Source of the DNA: an uncultured Bacteroidales bacterium
GTDB taxonomy: Bacteria; Bacteroidota; Bacteroidia; Bacteroidales; UBA7960
Direction of reading: 5' to 3'
Assembly: GCA_964491395.1 (NCBI GenBank)
Contig: CAZBGI010000010.1
Span: forward strand, 2,269-66,268
Length of the DNA stretch: 64,000 nucleotides
The notes below the pieces were generated by a model. It saw nothing but the letters and a program-made list of their open reading frames with translations. It ran no database searches and had not been told where the DNA came from. Positions 57,351-64,000 of this stretch are shown here, piece after piece. The position numbers and the translations under genes were made by a program. The first letter of the stretch is position 1. Every line of letters begins with the position of its first letter.

Positions 57351-58121
57351 TTACTTCTCATCTGAAGGAAAGACTCTTTGATAATATTCTTTGAGTGCTT
57401 CTTCAAAAGCCTGATCCACTGGTTTGCCAGTATCAAATTCAGGTGCATTTTTAATCGTATCGGTATCAACATCAATGGAGACTTCGCGGGTTTCATAACT
57501 GATTTTATCTAACCAATTGATGAGAAGAATGACTTTTTTGCTCCACGGACGCCAGTTGCTGGTATCTATGATAAGGTAAATCAATTGCCAGTCGGCATCA
57601 TCTGCAATCAAATCTTCAACATGTCCCAGGTGTCCGTCGGTTGCCAGTATATGATATCCCATTACTTCTTTAAAACTTCTGAGTTTGGTGGCCAGCCTTT
57701 CTTCGCTGACCTTTTCTTCACTGACTTCTTTAGTGGGCACATTTAATGGCCTCGCGGGGTAATACAATCCGGTATGGGTAGGGGGAATGTATCCCGAACT
57801 CCAGTAGGCTGCATATCCGTAGTGTTTCATGAGTTCCTTTTCATATTCCCGCGAAATCGTGGGTATATCTTCGGGCGATGGACTGTTCTCTATTTGTTTT
57901 GAGGTCAGGTTTACAGAAATCAATTCTTCATCCCACAGAGGCTCTTTCAGAGCATTTATAGGAAGCAGCACTCTTTTGTCTTTGAAAAAACTTCCGAAGT
58001 CTGCATCCAGATATCGTACTTTCCAGGTGTCTTCATCAAAGAGGAAATCTTTGATCTTACCTTTTTTTCCATCTGATGTTTCAATGGAAAACCCTTTCAA
58101 TTCATCTAATCTGCGTTTCAT
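57351..58121 (-). CDS. Protein with two PRC-barrel domains
   Basis: LKGFSIETSDGKKGKIKDFLFDEDTWKVRYL and VMGYHILATDGHLGHVEDLIADDADWQLIYL are both typical PRC-barrel strands. Confidence 0.8.
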   Translation of the reverse strand: MKRRLDELKGFSIETSDGKKGKIKDFLFDEDTWKVRYLDADFGSFFKDKRVLLPINALKEPLWDEELISVNLTSKQIENSPSPEDIPTISREYEKELMKHYGYAAYWSSGYIPPTHTGLYYPARPLNVPTKEVSEEKVSEERLATKLRSFKEVMGYHILATDGHLGHVEDLIADDADWQLIYLIIDTSNWRPWSKKVILLINWLDKISYETREVSIDVDTDTIKNAPEFDTGKPVDQAFEEALKEYYQRVFPSDEK

Positions 58122-58236
58122 AGTAATTGTTTTTTATGTGAATAATAAGATTGGCAAAAAATGATTCCTTAAGGGAATCAAAATTAATTTCACTATTGTA
58201 TTTGAAATAGTGTTGTGTAATTTATTTAAAATCAGG

Positions 58237-59247
58237 TTAAAACATCTTAGCGTAATTCTGCATCAGTTGAATATATTTCTTTACATCTTCTTGCTTCTTT
58301 TCTTCTTTGGGATGTTCCTTCAGGCTTATCAGGGTTACTTTGGCCCTGACATTGGCCCGGTAGCATTTGTAAAAATTGAACAAGGGTTCGGGCATGTCTT
58401 TCTCTTTTAATTCAAATGCTTTCATGTAATTCCTGACAAAAGAATTGCTTAGTTGTTTATTCCCAGAAAAATCAAGGTCAACGCATAAAAAAGCAATTTC
58501 ATTCAACACATCAATGTATCGGAAGTCATCATTAAACTCAATGCAGTCAAAAATCACAGGATCGTCATACAGAAATATGTTGGTGGCGTTTAAATCGCCA
58601 TGACAATCGCGTTGAAAATCGTTAAGGATTCTATCGTTCAGAAAACTCCTGTTGTCATTGAGATAGTTTTTTGATTTTTCGATACATTGTGAAACTATTT
58701 TCTTGCTTTCGGCAGGTATAAGTTGATTTTCGGTATCCTCGTCAAGTACGTCATTGATGGCAGCAAATTCTTTGATCATTCCAGCTGTGTTAAAGGCGTT
58801 CTTTACAACCTGTGTGTTTTTGTGAAATTGCGCAATTTTTCCGGCAAGCTTTTCCAGATGTTTTTCTGTTACTTTATTTGCTGCCAGCATTTTATGCATT
58901 TCTTTATTGTTGTCCATTCGCTTCATTTGCACGGCATAGTCTATAATATCCTCATCGCTATGATGGTCAGGTTTGCCTGTGCTCAAAGATTGGGTGATGG
59001 GTACTATGCCCAGGTACATATCAGGTGCCAACCGGCGGTTAAGCTTTATTTCCTGATTACAATAAAACCTGCGATTCTCCAATGTTGAAAAATCAAGAAA
59101 AGGAAGTTGAACCGGTCGTTTTACTTTAAAAGCATATTGATCCGTTAAAACAATCCATGAGATATGGGTTTCAGAAAATGCGCTGTTTTTACAGCTATCA
59201 GGAAACAGGCACTTATCTTTCATTGTAAGAATTTGCTCTTTGTCCAT
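58237..59247 (-). CDS. Phosphotransferase-family (APH / choline-kinase-like) protein kinase-fold enzyme
   Basis: Catalytic loop CHGDLNATNIF and a downstream FDCIEFND metal-binding Asp. An alternative start at 59223 is possible. Confidence 0.75.
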   Translation of the reverse strand: MDKEQILTMKDKCLFPDSCKNSAFSETHISWIVLTDQYAFKVKRPVQLPFLDFSTLENRRFYCNQEIKLNRRLAPDMYLGIVPITQSLSTGKPDHHSDEDIIDYAVQMKRMDNNKEMHKMLAANKVTEKHLEKLAGKIAQFHKNTQVVKNAFNTAGMIKEFAAINDVLDEDTENQLIPAESKKIVSQCIEKSKNYLNDNRSFLNDRILNDFQRDCHGDLNATNIFLYDDPVIFDCIEFNDDFRYIDVLNEIAFLCVDLDFSGNKQLSNSFVRNYMKAFELKEKDMPEPLFNFYKCYRANVRAKVTLISLKEHPKEEKKQEDVKKYIQLMQNYAKMF

Positions 59248-59731
59248 GAAGGTATGTTTTAAGTTGTTGAATCAATTGTGTTGCATCGTTTTCATCCGTC
59301 CATAATATCAGATGAGGCTCCTGAGGGTAGTCAAAAGTTCTTTTTATATTTCTGTACACATTAAAATCTGCGTGGCTATGTTTACGGGTTGACTTCATCC
59401 TTTCTTTTATGGTTTCTTCTTTGGCGCGTAATTCTATAAAAAGAATTTCCTGATTCAGCTCCCTGGCTTTCAGCAAAAACTGCCTTCTGTGTTCTTCTTT
59501 CTGAAATGTTCCTTCAAGAATTACATGTTGCCTATTCTGGATATGGTGAACCATTTCCGTCATCATTTGATTGTAAACGAGCTGTTTTGAATGAGCATCG
59601 TATCGATCCTGCAGGTTTATATTCTTTCTGATGATGTCAGTGTCCAGGTGTACGGCATGGAACTCTTCGGCGGCCCTTTTCGACAAATAAGTTTTTCCTG
59701 TTGCGGGAAGCCCAAAAATTATCAGTATCAT
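59213..59731 (-). CDS. P-loop kinase of the AAA_33 / polynucleotide-kinase / zeta-toxin-like class
   Basis: Walker A FGLPATGKTY at the N-terminus; 172 aa. Overlaps both neighbouring genes. Confidence 0.7.
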   Translation of the reverse strand: MILIIFGLPATGKTYLSKRAAEEFHAVHLDTDIIRKNINLQDRYDAHSKQLVYNQMMTEMVHHIQNRQHVILEGTFQKEEHRRQFLLKARELNQEILFIELRAKEETIKERMKSTRKHSHADFNVYRNIKRTFDYPQEPHLILWTDENDATQLIQQLKTYLHGQRANSYNER

Positions 59732-59964
59732 TTTTCAATTGTTTGATAATAAAAAGTATCTACCTTTTTAATCATATAATATCTGAACACCGCAATAATC
59801 TCATTGCTATTTGTGTCCCAATAGTTGTTTTTCAACCATTCTATAAGTTCCTCAATTTCTTCTTTTTCAAGCCATGCCAGGCATTTGTAAAGCTCTTTTT
59901 TGAAAAGCTCTCTATCGTTGCACACGTTTTTGAGTACTGTTTTTTGATGAGTTAACATTTTCAT
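59728..59964 (-). CDS. Hypothetical 78-aa protein
   Basis: Its stop overlaps the start of the kinase gene (4-nt overlap, 59728-59731). No family recognised; AT-rich. Confidence 0.4.
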   Translation of the reverse strand: MKMLTHQKTVLKNVCNDRELFKKELYKCLAWLEKEEIEELIEWLKNNYWDTNSNEIIAVFRYYMIKKVDTFYYQTIEK

Positions 59965-60054
59965 AGTCCTGTTTTTTTTTTGCGTTTGACAATACTTTAA
60001 GCGTTGGTTTGCATTGCTTTTTTACTCTCCTTTTACTTAAGCCAGAAAGGTCTG

Positions 60055-61767
60055 TTATCTTTTCAGCAATTTCTTCAATTCTCTCCATGACCGGGTATTT
60101 ATGATGTCTTTTTTGCCCAACCATCCCCTGCGGGCCTGGGCTACACCATATTTTATATAATCAAGATTGCTGATAGCATGCGCATCTGTTGATATGGCGA
60201 GTTTAACACCTGCTTTTTGTGCTTTTCTGATGTATTTGTCATGGAGGTCAATTCGATCAGGATTGCTGTTGATTTCCAGAAAAATTCCTTTGTCAGCGGC
60301 CTCTTTCATTACCGCATCCATATCCAAATCATAACCTTTTCTTTTGTTGATCATGCGTCCGGTGGGATGACCAATGATATTCAAATATGGATTTTCCATG
60401 GCTTTTAAAATCCTTTGGGTTTGCTTCTTTTTGGAAAGGTTCATGTTGTAATGTACAGAGCCGATTACCAGATCCAACTCTTTCAGAATATCATCCGACA
60501 AATCCAGGGTGCCATCTTCAAGGATATCGACTTCCACCCCTTTAATGATTCTGAAGTTTTTCATCTTTTTGTTTAATGCATCGATGTCCCGGATTTGTTT
60601 CTCCAAATCTTTTTCATTCAGCCCCCCGGCCATAGAAACTTTTTTGGAATGCTCAGTAACAGCAAAATAATTGTATCCTTTGTCTTTGGCTGCTTCGGCC
60701 ATTTCTTTCAGCGAATTCTTACCATCTGTGGCTTTGGTATGAGCATGCAAGTCGCCTTTAATATCTTCCAATTCCAACAGGTTGGGCAATTCATTTTTTT
60801 TTGCCGCTTCAATCTCTCCCTGGTTTTCCCTGAGTTCGGGTACGATATATTTTAATCCCAGCTTTTCGTACATCTCTTTTTCAGTCTTTCCGGCTATTTT
60901 TTTCTTTCCTTTGAAAATTCCGTATTCATTGATTTTGAGGTCATCCTCTTTGGCCATTTTCCGCAAAGCCACTGTGTGGGCTTTAGAGCCTGTAAAATAG
61001 AGCAGGGCAGACCCGAACGATTTTTTCTCCACAATGCGAATGTCAACCTGAAGGCCCGTTCGTAGTCGTACAGTGGAGCGGGATTCTCCGTGTGACAATA
61101 CATCCTGCACTTCATCGTATTTCACAAAATGATCCATGGCTTTCTCTGTGTCATTGCTAACACCTACCAAATCAATATCTCCCACCGTTTCCTTCATCCT
61201 GCGGTAACTGCCTGCAATGGTAATATCCTTTATTTCCTTTTTGAGGTATTTCAGCATGGGTTGAATGAGTTCTTCTGTTTCATGAAGCTTAAACCTTTGA
61301 GAGCCCCCTTTGTCAGCGAATTGCTTTATCTCCTTGAGAATGTTTTGGGCCGTTTTCTTTCCAAAACCTTCCAGTTCTTCAATCTTTCCCTCTTTGGCTG
61401 CTTTTTTCAATTCGTCGAGAGATTCAATATTCAGCTCCTCATAAAGCATTTTTGTACGTTGCGGACCCATTTGTTCCAGCTTCATAATATCTCTGAGGGT
61501 TTCCGGAAATTTCTTCCGTAGCTTTTTCAATTGCTTCAATTCACCCGTATTAGTGATTTCCGATATTTTTTTAACCATGCTTTCACCAATGTCGGGAAGA
61601 GCCTCAATATCCTTCTTGTTCATAGCCGAAACATTGTCAGACAGACCTAATAAGGTTCTGGCAGCATTTCTGTAAGAGTTTATGCGGAATTCATTCTCTC
61701 CTTTCACCTCCAGATAATCGGCTGTTTCCTTCAATTTATCTGCTATTTCCTTGTTGTGTACGGGCAT
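60055..61767 (-). CDS. polX: Family X DNA polymerase with C-terminal PHP domain (PolX)
   Basis: Pol-beta-like HhH region, nucleotidyltransferase motif GSYRRMKETVGDIDLV, and a PHP domain with GDLHAHTKATDG and further His motifs. Confidence 0.93.
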   Translation of the reverse strand: MPVHNKEIADKLKETADYLEVKGENEFRINSYRNAARTLLGLSDNVSAMNKKDIEALPDIGESMVKKISEITNTGELKQLKKLRKKFPETLRDIMKLEQMGPQRTKMLYEELNIESLDELKKAAKEGKIEELEGFGKKTAQNILKEIKQFADKGGSQRFKLHETEELIQPMLKYLKKEIKDITIAGSYRRMKETVGDIDLVGVSNDTEKAMDHFVKYDEVQDVLSHGESRSTVRLRTGLQVDIRIVEKKSFGSALLYFTGSKAHTVALRKMAKEDDLKINEYGIFKGKKKIAGKTEKEMYEKLGLKYIVPELRENQGEIEAAKKNELPNLLELEDIKGDLHAHTKATDGKNSLKEMAEAAKDKGYNYFAVTEHSKKVSMAGGLNEKDLEKQIRDIDALNKKMKNFRIIKGVEVDILEDGTLDLSDDILKELDLVIGSVHYNMNLSKKKQTQRILKAMENPYLNIIGHPTGRMINKRKGYDLDMDAVMKEAADKGIFLEINSNPDRIDLHDKYIRKAQKAGVKLAISTDAHAISNLDYIKYGVAQARRGWLGKKDIINTRSWRELKKLLKR

Positions 61768-61806
61768 GTTATTTTCTTTTGTAATCAGGTTACGATTATG
61801 GTTTTC

Positions 61807-62892
61807 CTATTGCAGTGCTTTGCGAATCATGAAAAACTCATTGATGTTGTCAATGTCCAGAATACCTTTAAATTCATCATCTTTTAGTACCGGGGCAATA
61901 TCATATTTGTGTTTTCGCATGTGTTTAAGGGCTTCAAAAATATCCATCTCAGGTGTTACGGATTCTATGCTTTTATTCATTGTGTCTTCAATTTTCCCTT
62001 CTTTTCCATACGTTCCCAGTCCCGATATGAGATCTTTCTGGGTTAATATACCTTTGTACTCATCTCCGGATTTGATTACAAAGCCCCGGTTAGAGATATG
62101 TTGCAGAAGTTCAGCAGCTTTACCCAGTGTATCATTGGGTTCCAGCACATCAAAATCAGTGATAATGATGTCCTGCACTTTGTGGTCTTCCAGAATATTC
62201 TGGTATTTCATTATTTCGTACTCTCCTTTGGCCCCCAGCAAAATGAAAAACCCGATTACAACCAGGAACGGATTGATGTACAGACCGGCTATAATGAATA
62301 TAACAGCAAAGATCTGCCCGATATTTTTGGCAATGCGGGTGGCTTCCATTCGGCTCATCCATATGGAAAGGGCCGATCGGAACAAGCGTCCTCCATCCAT
62401 GGGAAATGCTGGAATAAGATTAAATACTACGATAAATATGTTGGCAGCCAGTAACATAGCCAGGAAGTTATCTCGTGAAATGTAGCTAAAATCCATTTCA
62501 TCGAATGAAACCGGATGAATGTAATACAGGTAAAGGCCCAAAATGGCTGCTATTAGGATATTTACCAGGGGGCCTGCCAGGGAAACCAGGAATTCCTCCC
62601 TGGGTTTTTCAGGCATTTTGGTAATGTTGGCCATGCCTCCAATGGGCAACAGGGTGATGCTGTGCACTTCTCCACCATATTTCATGGCCACCAGCGAATG
62701 GCCAAACTCATGAAGCACCACACACACAAACAAAATAAGAATAAAAAGTATGTGCATGAGTATTTGTGGAGTTTCCAACCCTTGTCTCATGGTGATAAAG
62801 ACAATCCAAGCAATGAGTAATAAGAAGGTCCAGTGGATGGATAATTTGATTCCGAATGGTTTTCCAAGTTTTAATGAGTACTTGCTGTTCAT
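61807..62892 (-). CDS. M50 site-2 protease family protein with C-terminal CBS pair
   Basis: HEFGHSLVA and NLIPAFPMDGG motifs within TM segments, plus two CBS-like repeats at the C-terminus. Confidence 0.88.
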   Translation of the reverse strand: MNSKYSLKLGKPFGIKLSIHWTFLLLIAWIVFITMRQGLETPQILMHILFILILFVCVVLHEFGHSLVAMKYGGEVHSITLLPIGGMANITKMPEKPREEFLVSLAGPLVNILIAAILGLYLYYIHPVSFDEMDFSYISRDNFLAMLLAANIFIVVFNLIPAFPMDGGRLFRSALSIWMSRMEATRIAKNIGQIFAVIFIIAGLYINPFLVVIGFFILLGAKGEYEIMKYQNILEDHKVQDIIITDFDVLEPNDTLGKAAELLQHISNRGFVIKSGDEYKGILTQKDLISGLGTYGKEGKIEDTMNKSIESVTPEMDIFEALKHMRKHKYDIAPVLKDDEFKGILDIDNINEFFMIRKALQ

Positions 62893-62959
62893 TAATATGT
62901 TATAGTTTATTGTTAGTTTATGGAAATTATTTTTTGTCCGATGATTGCATTAAATCTCA

Positions 62960-63772
62960 TCAGGGTTTTTGAGCAATGCTCAATAAATGTTTGGATTGTT
63001 GCACCAAATGATTATCCTCACAGTTTTCAATGATAAACTGAATCCACTTATCTTTTAGATCTTCTTTTAGCTGGTGAAACAATTCAAATCGCTCTCCAAA
63101 TATTCCTTCTGCTCCGGCAAGATGCAGGGGTTCCAGGCCCACTTGCTTCAACAGGGGGTTAATTTCCTCAGGATGAGAAAAATAGGCATTGGTAAAATAT
63201 TCGGTATCTTCGACAAAACGGTTGTCGGTACCTGTTTCCCAAAGCTTTTTCGCCCCGTCGGGATAAAGGATACCTTCCGGGTTGTGTTTTACTCCATATA
63301 CCATAGCTCCCGTTCGGGTCATGAACGATGAGAACAGAAACCCTCCCGGTTTCAGGTTATCATGTGCTTTTTTCAGCATTTTCAACCTGTTTTCTTTACT
63401 GATCATGTGATAGAGCGGCCCGAGAATGAAAATGCAATCCCAGGTCTTATTTTCCCACTGCTCGCTTTCCATTGCGTCAGAAACCTCCGTGAAAATAAGA
63501 TTGCGGTGAGAACCCAGGCGTTCACGCACCAATTCTATGTTTTTGTCCGATAAATCATTCAGACCCACAAAATATCCATGGTCCAGCAACAACTTCCCTA
63601 TCCTGCCGGTTCCACAAGCTACATCAAAAACAGAAGCTCCGGGGGTAAGGTACTTTTTGACAAAATGCATTGTAACCGGAATTTCGAAAGGGTGATTATC
63701 CAGCCTGCGATCTTCCTCTTCTACATGTGTATTATAGTATGCTTTTACTTCTTTCAGGTTGTCTTTTGTCAT
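62960..63772 (-). CDS. Class I SAM-dependent methyltransferase
   Basis: Motif I VFDVACGTGRIG. The ATG at 63772 (MTKDNLKEV) is preferred over the track start at 63844. Confidence 0.8.
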   Translation of the reverse strand: MTKDNLKEVKAYYNTHVEEEDRRLDNHPFEIPVTMHFVKKYLTPGASVFDVACGTGRIGKLLLDHGYFVGLNDLSDKNIELVRERLGSHRNLIFTEVSDAMESEQWENKTWDCIFILGPLYHMISKENRLKMLKKAHDNLKPGGFLFSSFMTRTGAMVYGVKHNPEGILYPDGAKKLWETGTDNRFVEDTEYFTNAYFSHPEEINPLLKQVGLEPLHLAGAEGIFGERFELFHQLKEDLKDKWIQFIIENCEDNHLVQQSKHLLSIAQKP

Positions 63773-64000
63773 AAATTTCAGGTATATACAATTGTTCAAT
63801 CCTTTTTCTTGTCTGGTAGGTGAAAAATCTATGCCAGCAAGCAATGAGAATTCAACAGCAAAAAAACTAACCTGGAGGTGGCGAAACAGAATTCAACGAA
63901 TTGCCTGTATTATAGTGCGATATGAAAATACAGGGAGTCTTTATCAAATGGGTTGATTACAATCTGTGCAATTTGAAGGGGTATTGTTTTACCAAAAATC

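Noticed and set aside
59213-59247. Overlap of the P-loop kinase and APH-like genes, considered as a frameshifted pseudogene of a fused bifunctional protein
   Set aside because: Both frames are intact with their own start codons. The domain order (P-loop first, APH second) is also the reverse of the fused proteins I recall, so a simple frameshift of a fusion does not explain the arrangement.
59912-60124. 70-aa minus-strand ORF bridging the PolX stop and the 78-aa ORF
   Set aside because: It overlaps the conserved C-terminus of PolX by 70 nt and the next ORF by 53 nt. It is Lys-rich, low in complexity and has no motif, so it is most likely spurious.
61751-62485. Long antisense ORFs in the track (244 aa at 61751-62485; also 55711-56301, 49928-50503, 32479-33063, 39712-40209, 9195-9668, 42377-42847)
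   Set aside because: Each lies wholly opposite a gene with strong family motifs (M50 protease, DUF72, iPGM homolog, purK, ppsA, thrS, P-type ATPase). Each has low-complexity or Ser/Leu/Phe-rich composition typical of shadow ORFs.
1-64000. Search for CRISPR arrays, transposases, integrases, phage genes, restriction-modification, toxin-antitoxin or other known defence modules
   Set aside because: I saw no regularly spaced direct repeats, no recombinase, transposase or reverse-transcriptase motifs, no att-like duplication next to the single tRNA, and no nuclease/ATPase pairs typical of defence systems. The window reads as core chromosome.

Overview
This 64-kb window looks like a chromosomal segment from a member of the Bacteroidota. 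Three things support that: several genes are preceded by the phylum-typical -7 promoter box TAnnTTTG, most start codons have A-rich upstream regions with no Shine-Dalgarno motif, and gene orders such as thrS-infC-rpmI-rplT, rpmG-DUF4295-ftsY-rimO and lepB-wbqC are typical of the phylum. All calls rest on motif recognition in the supplied translations and on reading the DNA by eye; no database search was possible.

Coding density is high (about 60 protein genes and one tRNA) and the content is mostly housekeeping:
- Translation: thrS, infC, L35, L20, L33, rimO, tRNA-CAU.
- Secretion: ftsY, lepB.
- Purine synthesis: purK, purE.
- Central metabolism: a 2-oxoacid:ferredoxin oxidoreductase, ppsA, an aldehyde dehydrogenase, an archaeal-type iPGM homolog.
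- DNA repair: nth, fpg, ligA, PolX.
- Many small stress-type proteins: dodecin, STAS-like, DUF2267, PEBP, CsbD, two BON paralogs, PRC-barrel, cold-shock protein, SlyD.

I found no CRISPR array, transposase, integrase, prophage remnant or recognisable defence or toxin-antitoxin gene.

The items most worth a second look are:
1. A GC-rich spacer downstream of rplT, bounded by two terminators, that looks like a stand-alone structured small RNA.
2. A translationally coupled pair of outer-membrane genes, one of which fuses ComEA-like helix-hairpin-helix motifs to a large beta-barrel.
3. A 1038-aa protein combining a zincin motif, PD40 repeats and a barrel-like C-terminal region.
4. A co-directional PolX / small ORF / P-loop kinase / APH-like kinase cluster close to fpg-ligA.
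5. A small membrane protein with one TrkH/KtrB-like pore loop fused to an RCK_C domain.
6. infC, which appears to use a non-AUG start behind one of the few strong SD motifs I saw among the starts I inspected.

None of these is proven to be novel, and the interest scores are deliberately moderate.
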